A DNA stretch of 64,000 nt from Eshraghiella crossota (GCA_963590075.1 CAVANK010000003.1:12100-76099), one strand, 5' to 3'. Positions 1 to 9,586 are shown, numbered from the stretch's first letter. Program-made: numbers and translations. The notes: generated from the letters alone by a model not told the origin.

Positions 1-758
1 GCGATGCGAATTTGAAGGCAATCGGGCGTATACATTCAAGCAAAGTCGCTCTTGACAAAATCGCGCTTGCAAATAAATATTTTGACAACGTATCTTGCGA
101 TTTGATTATAGGATTGCCCTTTGATGACGAAAATAGCGTTAGAGACGAGGTATCGACGCTTGCACCGCTTGTCAAACATATCTCTATGTACGAGCTTATC
201 GTCGAGGACGGAACTCCGCTCAAAGGTATGGTTGAGAGAGGAGAGATAAAAATTCCTTGCGACGACGATACTCAATCGCTGTTTGAAACGGCTATGGACG
301 AGGCTAAAAAGTGGGGGCTCGAAAGATACGAGGTGTCCAATTTCGCAAAAGACGGACTTATATCGAGGCATAATTTCGGCTATTGGACGAGAGAGGAGTA
401 TCTCGGTTTGGGCGCGGGCGCATACTCGCTCGTAAAAACCGCGGACGGAAGCAAACCGCTAGACAAAGAAACGAGATTTGCCGACGTAAAAAACGTAAAT
501 CAATATATAAAATATATTGAAAACGCGCAAAAATTTGACGATATTCATAGAGTGGACGTCGAATATCTTTGCGAAAAAGACGTGCGCAACGAGAGAATTA
601 TGCTCTCTCTTCGCACGACGAAGGGCGTTGAAAGCAACCTTTTGACGATTCCCGATAACTTGAAAAACTTTTTTGAAGAGGCAGACGGGTTTGTACGGCT
701 AAAAGCAAGGGGGATGGCTGTGATGAATTCCGTGCTCACCGAAATATTGGATATATAA
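1..758 (+). CDS. hemW: Radical-SAM HemW/HemN-like protein, C-terminal part (5' end lies outside the window)
   Basis: The reading frame is open from the window edge, and the 'M' at nt 12 is an internal TTG. The sequence IIGLPFDDENSVRDEV...ISMYELIVEDGTPL...NFGYWTREEYLGLGAGAYS is typical of the HemN/HemW C-terminal half. Confidence 0.7.
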   Translation, partial: DANLKAIGRIHSSKVALDKIALANKYFDNVSCDLIIGLPFDDENSVRDEVSTLAPLVKHISMYELIVEDGTPLKGMVERGEIKIPCDDDTQSLFETAMDEAKKWGLERYEVSNFAKDGLISRHNFGYWTREEYLGLGAGAYSLVKTADGSKPLDKETRFADVKNVNQYIKYIENAQKFDDIHRVDVEYLCEKDVRNERIMLSLRTTKGVESNLLTIPDNLKNFFEEADGFVRLKARGMAVMNSVLTEILDI

Positions 759-875
759 TTTTGCGACACAATGCTTTGCTTTTGTGCACGTACAAGTTTT
801 ATATTTATATTTAGGCAAATATGATTGTCAATTCGAAAATTGTTTGATATACTTTTATTATCTCGGAGGACACAA

Positions 876-2024
876 ATGACACCGGACTTTTCTGTTTACG
901 GGGAAACCCCCAGCGCACCCATTGCTCTTATCGCAACCCCGGGTGCGGAAGAACTTGCAACCCTCATAGACAAAAGACTAATCACGCTGTTTAGCGAATC
1001 ACATCTCGGCAAAAAACTACACAAAGACACGTTTATCTTGAAGTCGGATTGTCCTCGTTTCACCAACGGTGACGCAAAGGGCATCATCTATGAGACTGTA
1101 AGAGGAAAAGATTTGTATATCATTTGCGATCCGGGCAATCACGGAGTGACCTATCCGTTTTTCGGAAAAGAAATTCCGCTCACGCCCGACGAGCATTTTG
1201 AGAACTTGAAACGCATAATATGTGCATGTAACGGCAAGCCCCAACGTATAACCGTGGTTATGCCGATGCTTTACGGCGGACGCCAACATCGCAGAAGCGC
1301 AAGAGAGTCGCTTGACTGCGCTCAAATGCTTCAAGAGCTTCAAAATATGGGCGTAAGCGACATCATAACGTTTGACGCACACGATCCGAGAGTGCAAAAC
1401 GCCGTTCCGCTTATGGGATTTGACAACTACTTCGTACATTATCAAATCCTCAAATGCCTTACGAGGAAATTCCCCGACGTGCGTCTCAACAAAAACAGCC
1501 TTATGGTCATATCTCCCGACGAGGGCGCAATTCCCAGAAACGTGTATTACGCCTCCGTGCTCGGTCTCGACCTCGGTATGTTCTACAAACGTCGCGACTA
1601 TTCCACGATAATCAACGGGCGCAATCCCATTATCGCGCACGAGTATATCGGTTCTTCCGTTGAGGGTATGAACGTGTTTGTCGCAGACGATATGATTGCA
1701 ACGGGCGATTCCATTCTTCACCTTGCCAAAGAAATCAAGCAAAAGGGCGCAAAAAAAGTGTTTCTTGCCGCAACTTTCTCGCTTTTCACGGAAGGCATCG
1801 ACAAATTCAACAAAGCGTATCAAGAAGGCGTATTCGACGCGGTTCTTTCGACAAACCTCACATATCGCATTCCGGAACTTAAAGACTGCAAATGGTTTAT
1901 CGAAGCGGACTTATCCAAATACATCTCGTATATAATTGCTGCCGCCAACGTCAACGAATCGGTGTCCAACTTGCTCGATCCGTCTCAAAAGATAAGAGAG
2001 CTTGTTGCCCGCCTCGGTGAATAA
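876..2024 (+). CDS. prs: Ribose-phosphate diphosphokinase (PRPP synthetase family, long form)
   Basis: GGAGG at 865-869 sits 6 nt upstream of ATG 876. MPMLYGGRQHRR and the PRPP-binding loop VFVADDMIATGDS are present. The longer ORF start at 825 has no RBS. Confidence 0.85.
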   Translation: MTPDFSVYGETPSAPIALIATPGAEELATLIDKRLITLFSESHLGKKLHKDTFILKSDCPRFTNGDAKGIIYETVRGKDLYIICDPGNHGVTYPFFGKEIPLTPDEHFENLKRIICACNGKPQRITVVMPMLYGGRQHRRSARESLDCAQMLQELQNMGVSDIITFDAHDPRVQNAVPLMGFDNYFVHYQILKCLTRKFPDVRLNKNSLMVISPDEGAIPRNVYYASVLGLDLGMFYKRRDYSTIINGRNPIIAHEYIGSSVEGMNVFVADDMIATGDSILHLAKEIKQKGAKKVFLAATFSLFTEGIDKFNKAYQEGVFDAVLSTNLTYRIPELKDCKWFIEADLSKYISYIIAAANVNESVSNLLDPSQKIRELVARLGE

Positions 2025-2044
2025 GGCGCAAGAAGGAGTAAAAA

Positions 2045-2701
2045 ATGAAAATCACTTGGCTCGGCCATTCCTCGTTCAAACTTGAAGAAAGCACGGGAAC
2101 GACGATTGTTACCGATCCTTATCACTCGTACGTGGGCTATGAGATGCCCAAAGTCGACGCGGATATCGTGACCGTGTCCCACGCGCACAACGACCACTGC
2201 TACGTTTCAAACGTAAGCGGTGATCCCACCGTGCTCAACAGGGCGGGCGCATACGAAATCGGCGGTGTGCATATCCTTGCTCAACGCAGTTACCACGACG
2301 ACAAGAAAGGCGCGTTGCGCGGAGATAACATAATTTTCAAATATCGTATGGACGGCGTGGACGTATGCCATATGGGAGATATCGGTGAAGAGTGCAATGC
2401 CATTTTGGTTGAGTCGCTTATGCCCGTCAACGTTTTGCTTATCCCCGTTGGCGGAAACTATACGATTGATGCCGTGCAAGCAAAGGAATACGTTGACCGC
2501 ATTATGCCCGACGTGGTTATCCCGATGCACTACAAGACCAAAGATTGCGAATTCGACATTGACAAAGTCAATGAATTTCTCGACCTTTTCGAGGACGAAA
2601 ACGTTATTTACGCCGATGGCTCTACGGTTGAATTTGACAGAGCCGATTTCGACGGTGAAGAAACCAAAGTTTTGGTTTTGGAAAGATTTACCAACAACTA
2701 A
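2045..2701 (+). CDS. MBL-fold metal-dependent hydrolase (UPF0173-like)
   Basis: AAGGAG RBS. N-terminus is MKITWLGHSSFKLE, with a HAHNDH metal-binding motif. Length is 218 aa. Confidence 0.8.
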   Translation: MKITWLGHSSFKLEESTGTTIVTDPYHSYVGYEMPKVDADIVTVSHAHNDHCYVSNVSGDPTVLNRAGAYEIGGVHILAQRSYHDDKKGALRGDNIIFKYRMDGVDVCHMGDIGEECNAILVESLMPVNVLLIPVGGNYTIDAVQAKEYVDRIMPDVVIPMHYKTKDCEFDIDKVNEFLDLFEDENVIYADGSTVEFDRADFDGEETKVLVLERFTNN

Positions 2702-2711
2702 ATTTTTTAAT

Positions 2712-2737
2712 CGTGCTCACCGATTGAGGTGAGCACG
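2712..2737 (+). terminator. Perfect 10-bp hairpin between the MBL hydrolase gene and rho (possible terminator or leader hairpin)
   Basis: CGTGCTCACC (2712-2721) pairs with GGTGAGCACG (2728-2737) around the loop GATTGA. A T-run lies upstream and an A-run downstream, but there is no 3' U-tract on the + strand, so terminator function is uncertain. Confidence 0.3.
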
Positions 2738-2827
2738 GTAAAAACACTTTTAGATAAAAATACCAATTTATAACCAAATCTCACGACTATTTCCGCAAGG
2801 TGGAAAGTCATTAACACAGGAGTTTTT

Positions 2828-4393
2828 ATGCAAAAATTTACTAAACAAGAACTTGACGCAAAGAGCATTTTTGAGATGCGCTCGCTCGCAAAAGACGTCG
2901 GTGTAAGCGCACCTACGAAACTTAATAAGGCGGAACTTGTAGACTTAGTCTACAAAATCACCAACGGCGAAATGCAACCGCCCACGGCACCTCGCAGAGG
3001 CCGTCCAAAGAAATCGGATGAGGGCGCAGCGGCTACGACCAATACCGCCACGGAAACCCAAAAAGTTGAAGAAAAGACTCAAAAATCCGCTTCCGAAAAC
3101 AATAGCGAACAAGTATATCAAAAGCCCAAATTTCAACCCGTCGTGTTCCGTCCGACCAACAGTCAATATCAAAAACCGCAAAACAATCGTCAAAACTACA
3201 AAGAGAACGTTCTCAACGAGCGCAAAGAGTCAATCGACGAGGGTTCGGAGCAAGAAAGAGAAGGATATCTCGAAATCAATCCCGACGGCTACGGATTTTT
3301 GCGCGTTAAGAACGGAGAATTCAACGAGATGGACGCATACGTGTCCGCTATGAAGATAAAACAATACGGATTGCGTAGAGGCGATTACGTCAAGTCCCTT
3401 TGCAAAAAGATACAAGAGGGCAGACCGTCGGCAGTCGTAAGCGTAACGACTATCAACGGTATAGACGCCGACAAAATCGGCAAACGCCCCAACTTTGACG
3501 ATTTAGTGCCTATTTATCCCGACGAGCGTATCAGACTCGAAGTTTCGCCGAGAGAATACGCAACTCGTTGTATCGACCTCGTTTCGCCTATCGGCAAAGG
3601 TCAAAGAGGTATAATCGTATCACCTCCGAAAGCCGGCAAAACGACGCTTTTGAAGATGATTGCAAGCTCGATTGCAAAGAATTATCCCGAAATCGAGCTC
3701 AAAGTTTTGCTCATCGACGAGCGTCCCGAGGAAGTTACGGATATGCAACGCTCGATTAAGGGCGAAGTGGTATATTCCACGTTCGACGAGCTTCCCGAGC
3801 ACCACACCAAAACGGCGGAAATGCTTCTCGACAGAGCAAAACGCCTCGTGGAAATGGGCAAAGACGTCGTGATTTTGCTTGACTCGCTCACAAGGCTTGC
3901 AAGAGCGTACAACCTCACCATTCCGCCTACGGGCAGAACGTTGTCCGGCGGTATCGATCCCGGTGCGTTGCATAGTCCCAAACGCTTCTTCGGCTCTGCA
4001 AGAAACATCGAAAACGGCGGATCGCTCACCATCATTGCAACCGCACTTATCGATACGGGCAGTCGTATGGACGACGTCATTTTCGAAGAGTTCAAAGGCA
4101 CGGGCAATATGGAAATTCACCTTGACCGCAGACTCAGCGAAAAGCGCATTTTCCCCGCAATCGACCTTGCAAAGAGCGGTACGAGAAAGGAAGAATTGTT
4201 GCTCACGCCTAGCGAATTGGAAGGCACTTGGGGTATTCGCAAAATGCTCTCGAATGCGGATAATACCGAGGCTACGGAAAACCTCATAAATATGATTGTC
4301 AAGACAACCTCCAACAAGGAATTTATCGAACAACTCAATTTGAATTTGAGAATGTACCAAAAAGAAGGGTATACTATCCGTTCTTTGAAGTAA
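2828..4393 (+). CDS. rho: Transcription termination factor Rho with an N-terminal insertion of about 100 aa
   Basis: AGGAG RBS. A Rho_N-like helix pair (ELDAKSIFEMRSLAKDVG) is followed by the CSD motif GYLEINPDGYGFLR and the Walker A motif PPKAGKTTLL. The conserved tail is GGSLTIIATALIDTGSRMDDVIFEEFKGTGNMEIHLDR. Confidence 0.95.
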   Translation: MQKFTKQELDAKSIFEMRSLAKDVGVSAPTKLNKAELVDLVYKITNGEMQPPTAPRRGRPKKSDEGAAATTNTATETQKVEEKTQKSASENNSEQVYQKPKFQPVVFRPTNSQYQKPQNNRQNYKENVLNERKESIDEGSEQEREGYLEINPDGYGFLRVKNGEFNEMDAYVSAMKIKQYGLRRGDYVKSLCKKIQEGRPSAVVSVTTINGIDADKIGKRPNFDDLVPIYPDERIRLEVSPREYATRCIDLVSPIGKGQRGIIVSPPKAGKTTLLKMIASSIAKNYPEIELKVLLIDERPEEVTDMQRSIKGEVVYSTFDELPEHHTKTAEMLLDRAKRLVEMGKDVVILLDSLTRLARAYNLTIPPTGRTLSGGIDPGALHSPKRFFGSARNIENGGSLTIIATALIDTGSRMDDVIFEEFKGTGNMEIHLDRRLSEKRIFPAIDLAKSGTRKEELLLTPSELEGTWGIRKMLSNADNTEATENLINMIVKTTSNKEFIEQLNLNLRMYQKEGYTIRSLK

Positions 4394-4425
4394 AAATTAT
4401 AAGAAAGATATAAAGAGGTGGATAT

Positions 4426-5337
4426 ATGAGTGAATTTAAGGATTTGCGTATCGTTGACAACTTTTATCAGACTTCGTCCTTTTTCCCGATGCCCGTTGTG
4501 CTTGCAAGCACCGTGTCGGAAAGCGGACAAACCAATATCGGCTCGTATTCGCTTTGTTTTCCGTACTACATTGCTGGTAAAGACTATTATGCAATGATTT
4601 TGGAAGTGCGAAACAGCTCCAATACCGCACAAAACATATTGCGCACGGGCAAAGTTACGCTCAACTTCATACCCGACGACAAAAAGTTTTTCAAAGAGGC
4701 CGTAAGGCTAGGTTTCCCCGGCGACACCACCGCCGAGAAGATGAAAAACTGTATTTTCACTCTCAAAAACAGCACTTTGGGAGAGGATAGACCGCAAATC
4801 GTTCAAGAGGCATTTCAAGTGTTTGAATGTACTTGGGACAGTTCGCTCGAAGACGCATATCTCGACAAAGCGGGTTGCTTGGAAGGTTACGAACCGCCGT
4901 ATCGCAATTTCAACGGCATTACAAGCAAATTCGGCGCGCATTTCATACTCAAAATCGACAAAATTTGGATGAAAGAGGAGTATTACGACTCGATTATCAA
5001 CGGCGTCGGCAGAAACAATTATCCGCGCGTCCCCGTCGATTACGGATATAGAGACAGCACCAATTTTTGGTGTTCGCGCTTCAAAAAGCCGTATCCAGAA
5101 AAGATACAAGCCAAAGAAGGCGACGTCAACTCCGTCAAGTACGCCGCAAGCCGTATCGATCCCGCCGTCAAATTCACAGACGAGGCGTGCGCAAAACTCA
5201 CCAAAATTCCGCGCGTGTTCTTGAAAGCGGCGCTTACGCAAATGGTGGATATCGCAAAGCAAGAGGGTATCTCGCTCATCGACGAAAAAGCGCTTGCAAT
5301 CATCAACGACAAACGCCGTCAAGAAAAGAAAAAGTAA
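4426..5337 (+). CDS. Flavin-reductase-like (FMN-binding split-barrel) protein with a C-terminal PCP_red-like helical domain
   Basis: GAGGTGG RBS. The N-terminal region (FFPMPVVLASTVSESGQTNIGSYS) resembles flavin reductase-like domains. The C-terminal KFTDEACAKLTKIPRVFLKAALTQMVDIAKQEG resembles the protochlorophyllide-reductase 57-kDa-subunit-type domain. Assigned from memory of these families. Confidence 0.45.
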   Translation: MSEFKDLRIVDNFYQTSSFFPMPVVLASTVSESGQTNIGSYSLCFPYYIAGKDYYAMILEVRNSSNTAQNILRTGKVTLNFIPDDKKFFKEAVRLGFPGDTTAEKMKNCIFTLKNSTLGEDRPQIVQEAFQVFECTWDSSLEDAYLDKAGCLEGYEPPYRNFNGITSKFGAHFILKIDKIWMKEEYYDSIINGVGRNNYPRVPVDYGYRDSTNFWCSRFKKPYPEKIQAKEGDVNSVKYAASRIDPAVKFTDEACAKLTKIPRVFLKAALTQMVDIAKQEGISLIDEKALAIINDKRRQEKKK

Positions 5338-5409
5338 TCTTTTTTAGCAAATCAAATCGCAATTGCGCATTGCAATGCTTGCGCAATATTTCAAAAGATA
5401 GAGGGGAAT

Positions 5410-6567
5410 ATGAAGAAAAACAGCATTAGAATACTGGCAATAGCACTCGTTTTTGCGCTCGTATTGTCGCTCTCAATCGTATTCGTTGCGTGCAACGACA
5501 ACGATAACGGCGGGAATAATAATCCGCCTCACGTAGAGCCGTCAATCTACGACGCACTAAAAGGCAGCAGCGATAGAGTAATTTTGTTTATCGGTGACGG
5601 TATGGGCGTAAACCACGTCAAAACGGGTGAAGCGTATTTTGAAAGAACGTTGTTTGAAGGCTTCGACCAAACGGGCTTGGTAAACACGTCGTGTAAAGCC
5701 GTAAATCAAGCGACCGACAGCGCTGCCGCCGCAAGCGCGATGGCAACGGGCGAGAAGTATTTCAGAGGTTACGTCTCGTATAAGGATAGCAAGAATTTTC
5801 AAACCGTATCAGAGTATGCAAAGAGCCTCGGCAAAGGCGTAGGCATCGTTACCACCGATACGCTTTCGGGTGCAACTCCCGCATCTTTTTCCGCTCACGC
5901 AAAAGATAGGGCAGACAAAGCAACCATTATCGATTGTCAAATCAATTCGGGCATCGATCTGTTCCTCGGCGCGGGTCTCACGACGTGGGACGGTGACGAC
6001 GTCAACTACGATATGTATCGCACTCAATTTGAAGAGAAAGGTTACGCTTTTTGCGACGCATACAGCGAGCTTAATCATGACAGTTCAAAAGTTATCGGCA
6101 CGTTTTCGGCAGTGGCAAATTACACGGCAACCGACGAGACTCCGACGCTTAAACAACTTGCCGAGTTTGCGGTTGACTTCCTCGAAGCAAAGTATCCCAA
6201 CGGCTACTTCCTTATGATAGAAGGCGCGCATATCGACAAAATGAGCAGTAACAAAGATATGGACGGTATGCTTGCGTATCTTGACGAATTTGACAACGCC
6301 GTAGAAGCCGTGAAAGCACAAATGAGCGACAAAGACAATTATTCGTTGATACTCACGGCGGACCACGAATGTGGCGATTTGCAGTACAACGGTGAGACCA
6401 AGGAGCAAATCAACAGCTCTATGTTCCACGCAACGTATCACACCAAAGCCGACGTGTATTATTACACCGATTTTAAGCTCAAAGACGGTGCACGCTTCGA
6501 TTTCGTCCAAAACATCGACAACACCGATATCTACAAAATGTGCTATGCGCTTATAAGCGACAAATAG
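5410..6567 (+). CDS. Alkaline phosphatase, predicted lipoprotein
   Basis: A signal peptide ends in a lipobox (SIVFVAC). GDGMG and the active-site motif DSAAAASAMATGEK are present, and ADHECG lies near the C-terminus. Confidence 0.8.
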   Translation: MKKNSIRILAIALVFALVLSLSIVFVACNDNDNGGNNNPPHVEPSIYDALKGSSDRVILFIGDGMGVNHVKTGEAYFERTLFEGFDQTGLVNTSCKAVNQATDSAAAASAMATGEKYFRGYVSYKDSKNFQTVSEYAKSLGKGVGIVTTDTLSGATPASFSAHAKDRADKATIIDCQINSGIDLFLGAGLTTWDGDDVNYDMYRTQFEEKGYAFCDAYSELNHDSSKVIGTFSAVANYTATDETPTLKQLAEFAVDFLEAKYPNGYFLMIEGAHIDKMSSNKDMDGMLAYLDEFDNAVEAVKAQMSDKDNYSLILTADHECGDLQYNGETKEQINSSMFHATYHTKADVYYYTDFKLKDGARFDFVQNIDNTDIYKMCYALISDK

Positions 6568-6657
6568 GCTTGGTATTGTATCGGAGTATATATGAAAACG
6601 ATTAACATTATGTCGCTACGCCTTTGTCGGCGTGCTTCAAAAAAATGACCTTACGAT

Positions 6658-6690
6658 AAAAGGACTGTGAGAATATCGCAGTCCTTTTTG
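6658..6690 (+). terminator. Rho-independent terminator after the alkaline phosphatase gene
   Basis: AGGACTG (6661-6667) pairs with CAGTCCT (6679-6685), followed by TTTT. Confidence 0.65.
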
Positions 6691-6707
6691 GTGCGGATTT
6701 AGGCTAC

Positions 6708-6737
6708 AAAAAAAAGACAGCCGTTTGAACGGCTGTC
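6708..6737 (-). terminator. Rho-independent terminator after the nuclease gene
   Basis: GACAGCCG (6716-6723) pairs with CGGCTGTC (6730-6737). The A8 run at 6708-6715 becomes the U-tract on the - strand. Confidence 0.7.
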
Positions 6738-6838
6738 CATGAAGAATGACATTTATGATTTTAAGTCGTCGGACCAATTGCATTGCAGAAGGGGCAGTGC
6801 ATTCTCAGGATTTGAAGTTTTTTATAACAGAATATGTT

Positions 6839-9082
6839 TTACTCTCTTGAAGCATGCTTCGTCTGCGTGCGCTTAATCAGAATGTACAGTGCAATAGCAA
6901 TTAAAGTCGCTCCAACGACGCTTCCTATCACAATTCCTGCAATTTCTCCGCCGGATAGCGTGTCTTTTTCAGGTTTGGCTTGCAATTGTCGGTTGTACTC
7001 TTGCTTGTTGTCCAGGAGTTTGCCGTAAGCGTTTTGTGTTTCCGCTTTGGTTTTTTCGTCAGTTGACAAGCAATTAAATATTGTCTCGGCGTATTCGATT
7101 GCGGTTTTCTTTTCCTCTATAGTGGTCGAGTTGTTTATTGCGTTGACCGCATCGACAAAATCTTGCGCGGTATATGTTTTGTTCGGATCGATATACGGGG
7201 TATCGTCCTTATCCGGAACGACGGAACTATCGCTTCCGCCGTAAAGAATTTCTATGCTTTCTATGTAACAAGCATTTGAACCGTTATAGTTGATTGTGAA
7301 ATATCTGTCCGTTGTGTTGATATCAAGCGTTACACCGTTGGTATCGGCGGTGAGAGTGCCTCTCTTTGTGCCCGTAGTCGGGAAACTCGTTCCGGAAGAG
7401 TAGGGTGTGTTTGACGTGTAGATATCAAAACTTTTGTCACTTCCCTCGGCGAGAGTTATTTTTATCGATACAATTGAATTCGGTACAGGTGTTGTATTGT
7501 AAAAATAGCATGCAATACCGCTTTTTTTGTTCATTTGCATTGCGCTTTTATCTTTATTCGCATATATACAACATTGTCCGCTTAAATCATCGGCAGACCA
7601 CGCATACCAATCGTACTTTCCGGATGCTGTTGTATCGTCAAGTGTAATCAATGTGCTTCCTCCGTTAACGATACTGCTTACGGTAATTCCGTTTATAGTG
7701 GATGAGAAAGTTTTCCCCTCTGAAATAAAGTTGCAAATGACACTTGTAGTTCCTGCCGAGAGTGAAGCGGTGCGAGTTGTCCCGTCAAGCCATTGACAAG
7801 AGCTGTTGCTTATGATTTTTGTAGAGTTGTCGGTGAAGTGCGCCGTAACGGTGATACCCGTTGTGTCAAAAGTTTCACCGCTGTTGTAAGTGGTTTTTTG
7901 AGGTTGACCGCTGACGGAAATACTGCTCACGCTCTTGACGGTTATTGTGGCGGATGCTTTTATTGTGGCGTCGGCTTTGCTTGATACGGTGATGGTTGCA
8001 GTTCCGTTGGCAATTGCTGTAACTTTGCCGTTTGCACTGACTGTTGCAACGCTTGGATTGCTTGATGTCCAATTGACTTCGCGAATTGCATTTGACGGAG
8101 TGTATATCGGGGAAAGAGTGGTTGTTTCGCCGACACAAAGCGACATCTCGGTATTTTTCAATGCCAGCGATGTGATCGATTCGCTTGTTCCGTATTGTGC
8201 AACAACGCTTTTAAGTTCGGTGTTATACGATTTGCCGTCGTAGCAATAAATTCTTTCTGCATACTCGGGGTGATCGATAAACGGATTGCGGTTGCCTTGG
8301 ATTTTGTAAACGGCTTCGTTTCTCAAGATTTCAGCCTCGGTAACAGGCTCTTCGAGATGCCATTTCATAAGCGTAGCGATATCACCGATGGTTTTGCAAT
8401 TTCCGTCACCAAGAACAAATTGAAGGTTGTATGCGTCCCCCCAACGCGTTTGCACGTACATCAAAATACGCGCCGTTGCGCCTCTGTATCCTACGCCCGG
8501 GTAGAAGTATTGACTTGTTCTGTAACAAAGATTGTCGTAAGTCGTACTACCGTATTCTTTTACGATATTGCCCGCCGTTTGAGAAACTTCGCCAAAGGAC
8601 AAACTGCCTCTCGAAGAGTTGAGTTGTTGGTCGGTAGGTCTCAAATGGTGTGCGTCGGAACCTGTTTGAGATTCGGCAGGGAAAGCCTTTCCGCCGTCTT
8701 TCGGCCAGACGTGCTCGCGGTTTGTACCGGATTTTGCAACAGTTCCGGTATAGAACCAAAGCATTTCATTTTCGTTGTCGGGATTTGCGTCCGTATCGGG
8801 GAATACGTTTATTAAATTTTTATAAGTGGGTTGCGACTTGTGTGTGGACGTAATCAAACTTGCCAGCGAACTTCTAAACGATGCGCCGTCCGTTGTTAAA
8901 TTCTCAACCGACGCATAATAGTCGTCTGCAGATGTCGATGCCTCGACGCTTGCAGCGGAGGCAATGTCGAGCGGTGCGAAGATATGTGCGTCGCAAAGTC
9001 CGAAAATCAAAGTGAATGTCGTTGCCAGCACGAGCAACAGCACCGTAAAGGTTGCAAACGTTCTAAATGTGGTTTTTCCCAT
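6839..9082 (-). CDS. Cell-surface or extracellular endonuclease I family nuclease with Big_2-like Ig repeats and a C-terminal TM anchor
   Basis: N-terminal signal/anchor. Endonuclease I motifs REHVWPKDGG and DAHHLRPTDQQLNSSRGS. Ig-like repeats (e.g. VATVSANGKVTAIANGTATITV). The C-terminal hydrophobic helix GEIAGIVIGSVVGATLIAIALYILI is followed by KRTQTK. Confidence 0.75.
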   Translation of the reverse strand: MGKTTFRTFATFTVLLLVLATTFTLIFGLCDAHIFAPLDIASAASVEASTSADDYYASVENLTTDGASFRSSLASLITSTHKSQPTYKNLINVFPDTDANPDNENEMLWFYTGTVAKSGTNREHVWPKDGGKAFPAESQTGSDAHHLRPTDQQLNSSRGSLSFGEVSQTAGNIVKEYGSTTYDNLCYRTSQYFYPGVGYRGATARILMYVQTRWGDAYNLQFVLGDGNCKTIGDIATLMKWHLEEPVTEAEILRNEAVYKIQGNRNPFIDHPEYAERIYCYDGKSYNTELKSVVAQYGTSESITSLALKNTEMSLCVGETTTLSPIYTPSNAIREVNWTSSNPSVATVSANGKVTAIANGTATITVSSKADATIKASATITVKSVSSISVSGQPQKTTYNSGETFDTTGITVTAHFTDNSTKIISNSSCQWLDGTTRTASLSAGTTSVICNFISEGKTFSSTINGITVSSIVNGGSTLITLDDTTASGKYDWYAWSADDLSGQCCIYANKDKSAMQMNKKSGIACYFYNTTPVPNSIVSIKITLAEGSDKSFDIYTSNTPYSSGTSFPTTGTKRGTLTADTNGVTLDINTTDRYFTINYNGSNACYIESIEILYGGSDSSVVPDKDDTPYIDPNKTYTAQDFVDAVNAINNSTTIEEKKTAIEYAETIFNCLSTDEKTKAETQNAYGKLLDNKQEYNRQLQAKPEKDTLSGGEIAGIVIGSVVGATLIAIALYILIKRTQTKHASRE

Positions 9083-9257
9083 TCTTTATATCCCTCATTT
9101 TTGTACGGTCAATCCATACGTAGATATAATAGCATATTTAACAATCTATTACAACATATGATGCCATATTTCCTTTTGAAAATTTTGGGCATAGTTCAAG
9201 AAGAAGACGTAAGTCATAGCTCTGCAATGAACATCTCTTTACTCCGCAGGTCTCCTA

Positions 9258-9385
9258 CCGCCGAAATGCAATCTTACAATGCTTCGCATATTTGATTTTT
9301 TATATGTACGCAAACCCGTGCAAGCACAGTTGCGCACATATAAAAAATGCAACCCTACGGGTTACGTAAGATTGCATTTCGGTGG
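9258..9385. repeat. Nested imperfect palindrome of about 130 nt abutting the 3' end of tRNA-Ser
   Basis: Outer arms CCGCCGAAATGCAATCTTAC (9258-9277) and GTAAGATTGCATTTCGGTGG (9366-9385) form 20 bp with one G-T pair. Inner arms at 9296-9313 and 9330-9347 form 18 bp with one mismatch. A small AACCC-TAC-GGGTT hairpin at 9351-9363 is followed by a T-run on the - strand and is the likely tRNA terminator. Confidence 0.7.
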
Positions 9386-9475
9386 CGGAGAAGAAGAGAT
9401 TCGAACTCTTGAACCGCTTTTGACGGTTACGCGATTTCCAGTCGCGCGCCCTCGACCAAACTAGGCGACTTCTCC
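9383..9475 (-). tRNA. tRNA-Ser (anticodon GGA)
   Basis: The reverse complement reads GGAGAAGTCGCCTAGTTTGGTCGAGGGCGCGCGACTGGAAATCGCGTAACCGTCAAAAGCGGTTCAAGAGTTCGAATCTCTTCTTCTCCGCCA. It has a 7-bp acceptor stem, a CGCGA/TCGCG anticodon stem with loop CTGGAAA, a long variable arm, the T-loop GTTCGAATC and an encoded CCA. Confidence 0.93.
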
Positions 9476-9586
9476 ATCAGTAATATTTAGACTTTACAAT
9501 GGGTGGCAGTTGGAAGCCAATGGTCAACAAATCCATTTCCTCCAACTGTTCAAGCGAGAGATGTCTCTCATAACCCAACGCAAAAG

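Noticed and set aside
6592-6648. An 18-aa ORF (MKTINIMSLRLCRRASKK) with a weak GGAG upstream, in the convergent spacer after the phosphatase gene
   Set aside because: It is too short and has no recognisable similarity. It sits just upstream of the terminator hairpin and is probably fortuitous. It cannot be supported from sequence alone.
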